A stretch of DNA of 64,000 nt from an uncultured Pelagibacteraceae bacterium. GTDB taxonomy: Bacteria; Pseudomonadota; Alphaproteobacteria; Pelagibacterales; Pelagibacteraceae. Of this stretch, positions 24,801 to 34,900 are shown one piece after another; the stretch's first letter is position 1; the number at the start of each line of letters is the position of its first letter. Made by a program: the position numbers and the translations under genes. The stretch is taken from contig CACHLB010000003.1 of NCBI GenBank assembly GCA_902580505.1, forward strand, positions 8,980 to 72,979. Reading direction: 5' to 3'. Below the pieces are notes generated by a model. The model was not told where the DNA came from. It worked only from the letters and a program-made list of their open reading frames with translations, and searched no databases.

Positions 24801-26337
24801 ATTTGTCAGATAAAACTGCTAAAGGCGTGTCATCACCCATTGAGCCTGTTGCTTCTTTAGCATCTTCAGCCATTGGATGAAGAATTAATTCTAAATCTTC
24901 TATGCTATATCCAAAACAATGTTGAAAATTCCTCAAACTTTGACCTTCTAGTTCTACTTTTTCAGTTTCTGCCTCTAATTTTTTATCAAGATCAATAATC
25001 TGATTGTTGTAATGTTTATATTCTTTTGAAAGGTAGTTTTTTATTTCATCGTTTGAATATACTTTGCCTTTTTCTATTCTTACTCCTAATATTTCTCCAG
25101 GTCCTAATCTTCCTTTAGATACAATTTTTTTTTCATTTAAATCTATCATTCCTGTTTCACTTCCTGCAAAAAGAAGTTTGTCTCTTGTCACTGTATATCT
25201 AAGTGGTCTTAATCCATTTCTGTCAGTTGCAACAATTACCCATTCATTATCTGTTGCAGCTATAGCAGCTGGCCCATCCCAGGGCTCCATGGTACTATTT
25301 AAAAAATTGAATAGTTGTTGATGATCTTTTTTTAATACCTTATTTTTTTTTGACCAAGCGTCTGGTATTAACATTAATTTTGCTAGAGGAGCAGGCTGTC
25401 CAGAAATATTTAATAACTCAAAAACATTATCTAATGATGCAGAATCAGAATTTCCAGCTGGTATTACAGGCTTAAGATTCTCTATATCTTCGAAAACTGG
25501 ACTAAACATCTCTTCTTCGTGAACCTTCATCCAATTAACATTTCCTTTAAGGGTATTAATTTCACCATTATGCGCTATAGATCTAAACGGTTGAGCTAAG
25601 TCCCAACTAGGTGCAGTATTGGTTGAAAATCTTTGGTGAAATATTGCATACCTAGATATAAATCTTTCATCTTTTAAGTCAGTATAAAAATCTGACAAAG
25701 CTTCTGCTAAAAACATTCCTTTATAAATGATAGATTTAGAACTAAATGAACATATATAAAAATTATTTAATTGATTATTGAGAGCTTCTTTTTCAATCAC
25801 TCTTCTAGTTTCATACAATTTTTGTTCCAGAGATTTATTGATAACTTTTTTGTCATTGTATGTGAACAATACTTGGGTAATTTCAGGTCTTGTTTGTTCA
25901 GCTTTTTCTCCTAAGACAGAGGGTTCAACAGGAACTTGTCTCCAGCCATAGATACTAAAATTTCTCTTTGTTAGTTCACTTTCAACAATAGTTCTACATT
26001 GCTCTTGAGCGCTATAATCATTTCTTGGTAAGAAAATCATACCCACACATAGTTCAGAATTATCATGTTTATGACCAGTGACTTCAATTTTTTCCTCAAA
26101 GAAATCTTTAGGAATTTCAATATGAATTCCAGCACCATCTCCTGTTTTTCCGTCTGCATCGATTGCACCTCTATGCCAAACAGCTTTTAAGGCATCGATT
26201 CCATATTCTACGACTTTTCTTGATTTTAGACCTTCGGTAGATGCTACTAAGCCTACACCACACGCATCATGTTCCATTTCTTCCGAGTAAACATGATTAC
26301 TTTTTAAAATTTTTAAATTTTTATTTCTTAAATTCAT
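21841..26337 (-). CDS. gltB: Glutamate synthase large subunit
   Basis: EHDACGVG N-terminal Cys, HQRFSTNT, KQIASARFGV, QGAKPGEGGQLPG, CIMVRQCHSNTCPVG, GERFAVRNSG. Confidence 0.98.
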   Translation of the reverse strand: MNLRNKNLKILKSNHVYSEEMEHDACGVGLVASTEGLKSRKVVEYGIDALKAVWHRGAIDADGKTGDGAGIHIEIPKDFFEEKIEVTGHKHDNSELCVGMIFLPRNDYSAQEQCRTIVESELTKRNFSIYGWRQVPVEPSVLGEKAEQTRPEITQVLFTYNDKKVINKSLEQKLYETRRVIEKEALNNQLNNFYICSFSSKSIIYKGMFLAEALSDFYTDLKDERFISRYAIFHQRFSTNTAPSWDLAQPFRSIAHNGEINTLKGNVNWMKVHEEEMFSPVFEDIENLKPVIPAGNSDSASLDNVFELLNISGQPAPLAKLMLIPDAWSKKNKVLKKDHQQLFNFLNSTMEPWDGPAAIAATDNEWVIVATDRNGLRPLRYTVTRDKLLFAGSETGMIDLNEKKIVSKGRLGPGEILGVRIEKGKVYSNDEIKNYLSKEYKHYNNQIIDLDKKLEAETEKVELEGQSLRNFQHCFGYSIEDLELILHPMAEDAKEATGSMGDDTPLAVLSDKYRPLYHYFRQNFSQVTNPPIDSLRENKVMSLKTRFGNLGNILDFSKLTKDNIYVLNSPILSNAQFEKFLKFFGNNNKVLDCTFSKDDDLETSINLLKVKSEQAVREGIKQIILSDKNISENRMPMPMLLCIGAINTHLVKLGLRGYVSINVQTGDALDTHSFATLIGVGATTVNPYLAFDSLYQRHSKKLFGNFTFDECVSRYIKSVNLGLLKIMSKMGISVLSSYRGGCNFETVGLSRTIVKDYFPGMLSKISGIGLKGIEKKIRTIHKEAFFNNSNILPIGGIYRYRKNGETHQYQGKLIHLLQTAVGQGSYEIYKKYTKGIYNLNPISLRDLVDFKSKNPIDISNVEPASNILKRFGSGSMSHGALSKEAHETLAVGMNRIKGASCSGEGGEDEKRFKIMENGDSANSRVKQIASARFGVTINYLNNCNEIEIKIAQGAKPGEGGQLPGFKVTDEIARLRHSTPGVTLISPPPHHDIYSIEDLAQLIYDLKQINPKARVGVKLVASSGIGTIAAGVAKAKADIILISGHSGGTGATPQTSVKYVGVPWEMGLTEANQVLTLNNLRHQVTLRTDGGIKTGRDVVIAAMMGAEEFGVATTALVAMGCIMVRQCHSNTCPVGVCTQDDKLREKFTGTPEKVVNLFTFIADEVREILADLGFKSLNEVIGRTDLLRQVSKGSPNLDDLDLNPLFVQADPGKNKRYCEKPEINSVPDTLDQKLWPEIEDKIDKKEKINQEFEIQNTDRAVGTRISYHLYKKFGNNKLDENSIELNFKGSAGQSFGAFAIKGLKLILKGDANDYVAKGLSGGTIVIKLQDESNLVSNENTIIGNTVLYGATSGKLLAAGQAGERFAVRNSGATAVVEGCDSNGCEYMTGGNIIILGDIGDNFGAGMTGGMAFIYDPENQFDKKVNSESVVWQTPETKFWIEHLRKLIQEHAIETNSTISKKIVENFENEINNFVQVCPKEMLDKLENPISNKKLVGQAS

Positions 26338-27770
26338 TAAGCAACTCTAAGTTTTTGTTTACTTTGTAAATAATTATCAATTGATGTTGCGGCATCTCTT
26401 CCGTCTTTGATACCCCAAACCACTAAAGATGCTCCACGAACTATATCTCCAGCTGCAAAAACTCCCTCTATACTAGTTTCCATTGTATCAAAATCCGCTT
26501 TTATTGTTCCCCATCTTGATACTTGTAATTTTTCTTCATTAAATAATTTTGGAAGATCTTCTGGATCAAATCCAAGTGCTTTGATTACAAGATCAGCTTT
26601 AATTTCAAAATCTGAATTTTCTTCAATAACTGGTTTTCTTCTGCCACTATCATCTGGCTCACCCAATTTCATTTTATTAACAACTACACTTTCAATTTTA
26701 TTTGTTCCCTTAAACTCTTTAGGGCTTGTTAACCATATGAATTCAACACCTTCTTCTTCTGCATTACCAACTTCTCTTGCTGATCCTGGCATATTTTCTC
26801 TATCTCTTCTATATAAACATTTTACAGATTTAGCATTCTGTCTCACAGAAGTCCTTAAGCAGTCCATTGCTGTATCTCCGCCTCCAATTACTACAACATC
26901 TTTGCCTTCAGCATTTAAAGTTCCGTTATCAAATAACTCAACTTTATCACCTAGTCCTTTTTTATTTGATGCTGTCAAAAATTCCATGGCAGGGAAAATA
27001 TTACTCAAATCATTACCAGGTAAATTAACTTCTCTAGCTTTATAAACTCCTGTAGCTATTAAAATTGCATCATGTTTTTCTCTTAACTCCGTCAAGCTGG
27101 AATCTTTTCCAACTTCAAAGTTTAAAACAAATTTAATTCCGCTTTCTTCCAAAAGTTTTATTCTTCTTTGAACAACATGCTTTTCTAATTTAAATCCTGG
27201 GATACCATATATTAGTAGCCCTCCAGCTCTGTCATAACGATCATATATAGTTACCTTGTATCCTTTTTTTCTAAGTTGTTCTCCACAAGCAAGTCCGGCA
27301 GGACCAGAACCTATAATTCCTACACTCTCATTTTTTTCACTATTTATTTCTATTGGTTTAACCCAGCCATTTTCCCAAGCTTTCTCTGTGATATATTTTT
27401 CTATTGATCCAATGGTTACTGTTCCATGACCCGATTGCTCTATTACACAATTTCCTTCACACAGCCTATCCTGGGGGCAAATTCTTCCACAAACTTCTGG
27501 CATGTTGTTTGTGCTTTGTGACAATTGATAAGCTTCCTCATATCTTCCCTCAGCAGTTAGTTTAAGCCAATCTGGTATATTGTTACTTAATGGACAATGA
27601 ACTTGGCAAAATGGTACTCCACATTGGGAACATCTGCTTGACTGCTGAACAGCTCTCTCTTTTAAAAATTCTTGATATATTTCATCAAAATCCTCTTTTC
27701 GGTCTGATATATCTCTTTTAGGTGGATTTTGTTGACCTATATCAACAAACTTAAGCATTTTTTCTGACAT
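26337..27770 (-). CDS. gltD: Glutamate synthase small subunit
   Basis: RCSQCGVPFCQVHCP, GRICPQDRLCEGNC, GSGPAG, GGGDTAMDC, GDIVRGASLVV. Confidence 0.97.
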   Translation of the reverse strand: MSEKMLKFVDIGQQNPPKRDISDRKEDFDEIYQEFLKERAVQQSSRCSQCGVPFCQVHCPLSNNIPDWLKLTAEGRYEEAYQLSQSTNNMPEVCGRICPQDRLCEGNCVIEQSGHGTVTIGSIEKYITEKAWENGWVKPIEINSEKNESVGIIGSGPAGLACGEQLRKKGYKVTIYDRYDRAGGLLIYGIPGFKLEKHVVQRRIKLLEESGIKFVLNFEVGKDSSLTELREKHDAILIATGVYKAREVNLPGNDLSNIFPAMEFLTASNKKGLGDKVELFDNGTLNAEGKDVVVIGGGDTAMDCLRTSVRQNAKSVKCLYRRDRENMPGSAREVGNAEEEGVEFIWLTSPKEFKGTNKIESVVVNKMKLGEPDDSGRRKPVIEENSDFEIKADLVIKALGFDPEDLPKLFNEEKLQVSRWGTIKADFDTMETSIEGVFAAGDIVRGASLVVWGIKDGRDAATSIDNYLQSKQKLRVA

Positions 27771-27948
27771 GGTGGACGCTGTATATACGATAAAAATTTA
27801 ATAATAAACAATTACAAGGTCATAAATATTGACTAATATTCCACAAAAATTAAGTAAATCAGAGGTTTTTTCTTATTATGCATAGATGATATGCAAATAT
27901 GTAATTGCTTTAATTTGGTTACAATTTCATTATGAAGTATTGGATCTA

Positions 27949-28716
27949 ATGATTTCAAAATATGTAGAGACGCTAATTTTATCAATTATTCAAGGAATAT
28001 CTGAGTTTATTCCAGTTAGCTCGTCTGCACATCTTTTAATTATATCAAGATTGAGTAACTTCAATGTTAGCAACCTACAATTAGATATTAGTCTGCATTT
28101 AGGTTCTTTGTTAGCAATTATTTTATTTTTTAGAAAAGAGTTAATAAATATCATTAATAATAAAAATATATTTCTACTAATAATTCTTGGGTCTATACCT
28201 TTAGTTATTGTTGGTTATATTTTTTACTCCACAAATTTAATTGATCAATTTAGAAACTTAAAAGTTGTCGCTTGGACAACTTTGATTTTTGGAATATTAT
28301 TATACTTTTCAGATAAGTTTGAATTAAAAAATAAAATTTCTTCAGAATTAAATATTAAAAGTATTATTATAATAGGGTTATTTCAGATTTTAGCTATTAT
28401 TCCAGGAGTCAGTAGATCAGGTATAGTAATTACAGCTTCAAGATTTTTAAAATTTGATAGAGTTGAATCATCAAAGATAGCTTTTTATTTGTCTATTCCA
28501 GCTTTAGCAGGTGCAAGTGTTTTGGGATTTAAAGATGTTATTGATGATCAAATAAATTTTGATGCTATATTTATTTTTTCTACTTCAGCTTCATTTTTAT
28601 TTTCTTATTTTACAATTAAATATTTTCTTATTTATGTTAAAATGTTTAGTTTGAGTTTTTTTGTTATTTATAGAATAGTTTTAAGTATTATTCTTTTTTC
28701 AATTATTTACTTATGA
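27949..28716 (+). CDS. uppP: Undecaprenyl-diphosphate phosphatase
   Basis: QGISEFIPVSSSAH, HLGS, PGVSRSG motifs; start moved to the ATG at 27949. Confidence 0.93.
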   Translation: MISKYVETLILSIIQGISEFIPVSSSAHLLIISRLSNFNVSNLQLDISLHLGSLLAIILFFRKELINIINNKNIFLLIILGSIPLVIVGYIFYSTNLIDQFRNLKVVAWTTLIFGILLYFSDKFELKNKISSELNIKSIIIIGLFQILAIIPGVSRSGIVITASRFLKFDRVESSKIAFYLSIPALAGASVLGFKDVIDDQINFDAIFIFSTSASFLFSYFTIKYFLIYVKMFSLSFFVIYRIVLSIILFSIIYL

Positions 28717-29598
28717 TTTTTTGGACGTTGGAGCAATTTGAGAAAATATTACAGCAATAAGAATTAATACACATCCTATAATATTATTTATGTTAAGAAT
28801 TTGACTTAAAATAATCCATCCAGCAATTGTTGCAAAGACACCTTCGAGAGAATAAATTATTGCTGCTGGAGCTTCTTCAATATTTTTTTGTGCAAACATT
28901 TGTAAAGTAAAAGCAATTCCTCCAGATAAAACGCCTGCATATAATATTGAACTATACTCAGTTAAAATTTTTGTAATAACTACTTCCTCTAAAATAAAAG
29001 CAAATATAAGAGATAAACCAAAAACAAGCGCTGCTTGTAATGCTGCATAAAAAATTGGTATATTAAACTTCTCCATAAATTTTCCAGCGAAAATTATATG
29101 TAAAGCCCAAAATAGTGAGCATAGAATAACTAAAGCATCACCTATCATAATTTCTGAGTTTGAAAAATCACTTAATAGGTAAACACCTATTATACATAAA
29201 CCTATTGAAGGCCAAAGACTCCAATGGACTTTAATAGAATAAATAAAAAATAACAAAATTGGAACTAACGGAACGTAAAAAACTGTAAAGAAAGCTGCAT
29301 TAGCTATATTCGTGTATTGTAATGCGGCTTGCTGCAAGTAAGTGCCTAAAAATAATGATATACCCATTAAAAACAAATATTTTAAAAATAATTTTTTATT
29401 AGAATTGATTTCATAATTAATTTTTTTTCTTTCTAAAATTAAAGCAATGGGTAGGACTGTAAGAAAACCAACAAAAAATCTAGATGCATTGAATGTTAAT
29501 GGACCAATATTGTCCATGCCTGTGTCTTGAGCAATGAAAGCAGTGCCCCAAATAAATGTTGTTATCAAAGCGCATATTAGCGATGTAGTTTTGGACAT
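28711..29598 (-). CDS. DMT/EamA family permease
   Basis: IWGTAFIAQ, about 10 TM segments, two EamA repeats, SLEGVFA. Confidence 0.9.
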   Translation of the reverse strand: MSKTTSLICALITTFIWGTAFIAQDTGMDNIGPLTFNASRFFVGFLTVLPIALILERKKINYEINSNKKLFLKYLFLMGISLFLGTYLQQAALQYTNIANAAFFTVFYVPLVPILLFFIYSIKVHWSLWPSIGLCIIGVYLLSDFSNSEIMIGDALVILCSLFWALHIIFAGKFMEKFNIPIFYAALQAALVFGLSLIFAFILEEVVITKILTEYSSILYAGVLSGGIAFTLQMFAQKNIEEAPAAIIYSLEGVFATIAGWIILSQILNINNIIGCVLILIAVIFSQIAPTSKKS

Positions 29599-29612
29599 TA
29601 ATTTAATTAAAT

Positions 29613-30710
29613 TTAGATAATATTATTCATTCTACAACAGCTATCAAAATCTTCTTTATTGATATAGCAACCAGCCATTTTTCTTATACCTGAAAATGCG
29701 CCTCTACCATGCATTACTCTCCAATTATTAAAAATTAGTAATTCACCAGGTTTTAAAATATGCCTCCACTGATATTGCTTTTGGTTTGCCATCGTATCAA
29801 ATATTTTAATTGCTTTATAAAAATTAATTGTTTTCTGATTATTTTCTCTAAAAGGTGCTCTATCGTAATTGTTAAAACTAATTTGATCAAAATTATTTTT
29901 TTCATTTAGTTTTATTATTGGTCTTTTTGCTTCAAGGCGAACACCATCACCAATATAAGAACCTTTAACTTTTGTATTTGTTAAAGTTTTAAAATGTTTT
30001 TTATATTTTTGTTTGATTTCATTTGCCAATTTAAATCCATCTACCATTATAGAATCTCCACCTTTAGCATCATACTTACAACAAAGCAGTAATTGTAAAC
30101 CCGGAGCATCATTACTATATGTAGAGTCTGTATGTGGTCTCAGTTCTTGGTTTGAATATGCACTGTCTGCTTTTTTATTATTTGATTCAAAAGTCCACAA
30201 TCCTCCAAAAATTGAATTTCTGACATAACCAATTTTTTTAGCTATATATTCAACAGAGTTTAAGTTCTTTGAACAATTTCTTACGACTGCAAAACCATAT
30301 ATGTGGATTTTTTTTAATAAATTTTTAAATCCAACTTTAGTTTGTAATTGCTTATAATTAATGAAAATTTGATTTTTTATGTCTTTATCTTTCCAAAATT
30401 GAGTATCACTTTTAGTTTCTTCTTTTTTTAAAGAATTTTTTTTTAAAAATTCATATGAATATTTGGTTGGTTTATTTTCATCAGACCATAATATTTCAAT
30501 GAATTTCCCTTTTTTTAATAATTTTGCTTTTTTAACTTTGATATTAATGTCTAAATTAGCGGTATAAGTTATTCTTTGATTGGTTTTAAAATCCCAGTTT
30601 TCTTTATTTTTAATATGATCCCTTAACCAAATGTTAGGAAATGTTTCAAACTTATTGTCATTAAAGTAAAATACAGTTTTATTATTTAAAAGTTTAAAAT
30701 TTTTAATCAT
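29613..30710 (-). CDS. Fe(II)/2-oxoglutarate dioxygenase, gamma-butyrobetaine/trimethyllysine hydroxylase-like (TauD fold)
   Basis: WLRDH, AYSNQELRPHTD (HxD), PGLQLL, VDGF, NNYDR, FNNWRVMHGR. Confidence 0.85.
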   Translation of the reverse strand: MIKNFKLLNNKTVFYFNDNKFETFPNIWLRDHIKNKENWDFKTNQRITYTANLDINIKVKKAKLLKKGKFIEILWSDENKPTKYSYEFLKKNSLKKEETKSDTQFWKDKDIKNQIFINYKQLQTKVGFKNLLKKIHIYGFAVVRNCSKNLNSVEYIAKKIGYVRNSIFGGLWTFESNNKKADSAYSNQELRPHTDSTYSNDAPGLQLLLCCKYDAKGGDSIMVDGFKLANEIKQKYKKHFKTLTNTKVKGSYIGDGVRLEAKRPIIKLNEKNNFDQISFNNYDRAPFRENNQKTINFYKAIKIFDTMANQKQYQWRHILKPGELLIFNNWRVMHGRGAFSGIRKMAGCYINKEDFDSCCRMNNII

Positions 30711-31990
30711 TGCTTAGCTAATTTGTAGGCAAAGTTTTTACCAAGGTTATTTTTTAATTCATTATTAAATCTTGAACCCTCAGCACCGTCAATAATTCTA
30801 TGATCGTAAGAGAGTGATAAAGGCAATATTGTTCTAGGTTTAAATTGTCCATCAATATAAACAGGTTTAATATAAGTCCTTCCAATTCCTAAAATAGCAA
30901 CCTCAGGATAATTTATTATAGGAGTAAAATAAGTTCCTCCAATGCCACCTAGGCTTGTTATAGTTATGGATCCTCCATAAAACTCTTTTTTATCTATCTT
31001 CAAATTTCGACAATCATCACTTACTTTTTTTAGATCCTTGCTTATTTGTTCTATATTCTTTTGATTAGCATTTCTTATTTTTGGCACCATTAAACCATTG
31101 GGAGTATCAACTGCAATTCCTACATGGAAGTATTTTTTTAATGTTATTTTCCCATTTTCAATATTGTCAATAGAACTATTAAATCTTGGAAAAACTTTCA
31201 AAGCTTCCACAACTGCCTTTATAATAAATGCCAATGGAGTAATTTTCTTTTTTTCTCCAGTAAAAGTATCAGTCAAATTTTGTCTAAATTCTTCTAACTC
31301 AGTGATATCTGCTTCATCACAACTAGTAACATGCGGTATTGTTTGCCAAGAATTTGATAAATGTGGAGCAGCAATTCTTTTAATTCTTGGTATATCTTGA
31401 ATTTCTACATCTCCAAAATCAGCGTGATCATATTCTGAGGGCTTTATAGATGGAGCCTTCTTTTCTTCTTGAGGTTTATTAAAATTAGAAGATACGAATT
31501 TTTTTATATCCTCCTCTATAATTCTTCCTGATCTTTGTGATCCAGTAATATTATTAATATCAACACCAAGTTCTCTTGCAAATTTTCTAGTTTTTGGGCT
31601 AGCAAGTGCTTTGCTTGATTTGAATACACTAACTCTATTATTTTTTATTGTTTCTTTTGGTTTTGAAATTACTTTTTCGGGTGGTTTTTGTATAATAGTT
31701 TCTTCTTTAATCTCTTTGACCTCTTCCTCAATTTGTTCATCTGGTTTTTCTTCTTCTGAACCAATTATTAGTATTGATGAACCCTCTGAAACCTTATCAC
31801 CAACTTTTAAATTAACTTGTTTAACACTACCTGAATATGGGCTTGGGATCTCAACACTTGATTTATCGCTTTCTATTGTAATTATCGGGTCATCTTTATT
31901 AATATTTGATCCTGCCTCTATTAATACCTCAATTACTTCAACATCTTTAAAATCACCAATGTTTGGAACTAATACTTCTTTCTCGCTCAT
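30707..31990 (-). CDS. aceF: Pyruvate dehydrogenase E2 dihydrolipoyl transacetylase (single lipoyl domain)
   Basis: Lipoyl ESDKSSVE, PSBD ASPKTRKFARELGVD, catalytic SYDHRIIDG. Confidence 0.95.
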   Translation of the reverse strand: MSEKEVLVPNIGDFKDVEVIEVLIEAGSNINKDDPIITIESDKSSVEIPSPYSGSVKQVNLKVGDKVSEGSSILIIGSEEEKPDEQIEEEVKEIKEETIIQKPPEKVISKPKETIKNNRVSVFKSSKALASPKTRKFARELGVDINNITGSQRSGRIIEEDIKKFVSSNFNKPQEEKKAPSIKPSEYDHADFGDVEIQDIPRIKRIAAPHLSNSWQTIPHVTSCDEADITELEEFRQNLTDTFTGEKKKITPLAFIIKAVVEALKVFPRFNSSIDNIENGKITLKKYFHVGIAVDTPNGLMVPKIRNANQKNIEQISKDLKKVSDDCRNLKIDKKEFYGGSITITSLGGIGGTYFTPIINYPEVAILGIGRTYIKPVYIDGQFKPRTILPLSLSYDHRIIDGAEGSRFNNELKNNLGKNFAYKLAKQ

Positions 31991-34900
31991 TATAATTTTG
32001 TGGGCATAGGCTTATCTTTATCAATTTTATATTTTTTAATTGCATCTACCGCATGTTTAGAAGCAATTAATTGTTCATTAGATAAAATACTTAAGCCATA
32101 TGCAACTATATGCTCTTTATCGACTTCAAAAAATTTTCTTAGATTTTTTCTTGTATCACTTCTACCAAATCCATCTGTGCCCAATGAATAAAAACTTTTA
32201 TTTATATAAGGTCTAATTTGATCAGAATTCATTCTCATGTAATCTGAAGCTGCTAAAATAGGACCTTCGGTTTTTCCAAGGCATTTTTCAACGTAAGAGA
32301 TTTTTTTCTCTCCTCCTGGATTAAGCAAATTATACCTTTCTGTTTCAAGTCCATCTCTTCTTAATTCATTAAAACTGGTAACACTCCATACTTCACTATC
32401 AACTTGATATTCATTTTGTAAAATTTCTGCTGCTTCAATCATCTCTCTTAAAATTGTTCCTGAACCCAATAATTGAATCTTATTTTTTTTATTCTTGCTG
32501 AAATCTTTTATTTTATACATCCCTTTTAATATGCCTTCTTCACAATCTTTGGGCATTTCTGGATGAGAATAATTTTCATTCATTGTTGTAATGTAGTAAA
32601 AAATATTTTCATGTTTTTCATGCATTCTTCTTAAACCTTCTTTAAAAATTGTAGCTAATTCATAATGAAAGGTTGGATCATAAGAAACACAATTTGGAAT
32701 TGTTGATGCTAATAAATGACTGTGACCATCTTGGTGTTGAAGACCTTCTCCAGCCAAAGTTGTTCTACCAGCTGTAGCTCCAATTAGAAATCCTCTTGTT
32801 TGACTATCTCCAGCCGCCCAAGCAAAATCGCCAGTTCTTTGAAAACCAAACATAGAATAAAAAAGATAAATTGGTATCATTTCTATATCATGATTTGAAT
32901 ACGATGTTCCTGCTGCTATCCATGATGCCATGGATCCAGCCTCATTTATTCCTTCCTCTAAAACTTGACCACTCTTCTCTTCCTTGTAAGAGCTTAATTG
33001 AGCGGAGTCCTCTGGCTCATATTTTTGACCTTCATGCGCATATATACCTATTTTTTGGAAAAAACCTTCCATACCAAATGTTCTTGCTTCATCAGGGATT
33101 ATTGGAACAAGTCTTGGAGCAACATTTTTATCTCTTAGCAAATTCGTCAACATCCTAACAAGTGCCATAGTAGTTGACATTTCTTTTTCACCGGTTGATT
33201 TTTTCATAAAGTCAAAAATATCATTACTTGGTGTTTTGATTGGTTTCGAAAAAGACGATCTCTCAGGAATATATCCTCCTAAAGCCAATCTTCTTTTTTT
33301 TAAGTATTTTATTTCATCTGAATTTTCATCAGGTCTAAAGTATTCTATATTTTTGACTTGTTCATCTGTTAATGGAACATCAAATCTATCTCTATAATAT
33401 AGCAAATCATCTACACCTAATTTTTTTTGCTGATGGGTTGTATTTATACTTTCACCAGATTTTCCCATACCGTATCCTTTAATTGTTTTGGCTAATATGA
33501 CTGTTGGTCTGTCTTTTGTGTTAATAGCTCTATGATAAGCAGCATAAACTTTATGCGGGTCGTGACCGCCTCTATTTAATTTCCAAATATCGCTATCAGT
33601 ATAACTTGCAACTAGATTTTTAAGTTCAGGGTATTTCCCAAAGAAGTTATCTCTAACATATAAACCGCCTTTTGCTTTAAAGGCTTGGTATTCTCCATCA
33701 ACTGCTTCGTTCATTCTTTTTACAAGTAAACCTGATTTATCATTTGCGAGTAAAGGATCCCAATATGATCCCCAAATAACTTTTATTACATTCCATCCGG
33801 CTCCTCTAAAAATTCCTTCTAATTCTTGGATAATTTTACCATTGCCTCTTACTGGACCATCTAATCTTTGTAGGTTGCAGTTCACAACATAAATCAAGTT
33901 ATCTAACTTTTCTCTTGCTGCTAAACCAATAGATCCTAGAGCTTCTGGCTCATCTATTTCACCATCTCCTAAGAAAGACCAAACTTTTCTATTCTCATCT
34001 TTTATTAATTTTCTATTAATAAGATATTTCATAAATCTTGCCTGATAGGTTGCCATCATTGGTCCAAGACCCATGGAAACAGTTGGAAACTGCCAAAACT
34101 TAGGCATCAGCCATGGATGAGGATAAGATGACAAACCTCCTGGGTAAACTTCCTGTCTGAATCTATCTAATTGCTTCTCGTCAAGTCTTCCTTCCAAAAA
34201 AGCTCTAGCGTAAATACCTGGCGCTGAATGTCCTTGGAAATAAATTAAATCTCCACCAAATTTATTGCTTTTAGCTCTCCAAAAATGATTCATTCCTATA
34301 TCATAAAGAGTTGCTGCTGAAGCAAATGTCCCAATGTGACCTCCTAATGAAGGATCTCTCATGTTTGCTCTTACAACCATCACTGCTGAATTCCATCGAA
34401 TTAGTGCTCTGATTTTTCTTTCGATATTTTGATCGCCTGGAGATTTTATCTCTTCATCTGCTGGTATAGTGTTTATGTATGGTGTATTTTGGGTGTAGGG
34501 TATATTTGATCCCTCTTTATATGCCTGATCAATTAATTGTTTAATTAAAAAATGAGCTCTCTCAGGTCCTTCGGAATGTACTACAGCAGACAAAGATTCT
34601 AACCATTCTTTTGTCTCTTGAGGATCAATATCATTATTATTTTTAACTATTTCTAATCTTTCATTATGTTCTTCTACTTGTGTATTTTCTACTTTGATCT
34701 CTTTATGTACACTCGTATCCAATTCAGAATTATTATATCCGTTAGAATTTTCCGCTTCGGCAATTATTTTTTCCGTTGCAGGTGGTATCTTTTCAATAAT
34801 TTCTTGTTTTTGCTGAGTTCCATTCTCAGAAGATAATGTTAGTATCAAATCTCCTTTAGAAACTTTATCACCAATCTTTATGTTAATACTATCTACAACA

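Noticed and set aside
26407-27045. 212-aa ORF antisense to gltD, and similar antisense ORFs inside cobT, gyrB, pheT, gltB, aceEF, argH, dnaN and coaBC
   Set aside because: Shadow frames of well-conserved genes; no recognisable motifs or RBS
27835-27846. DnaA-box-like ATATTCCACA in the gltD/uppP spacer
   Set aside because: Single mismatched copy with no cluster; not enough to call oriC
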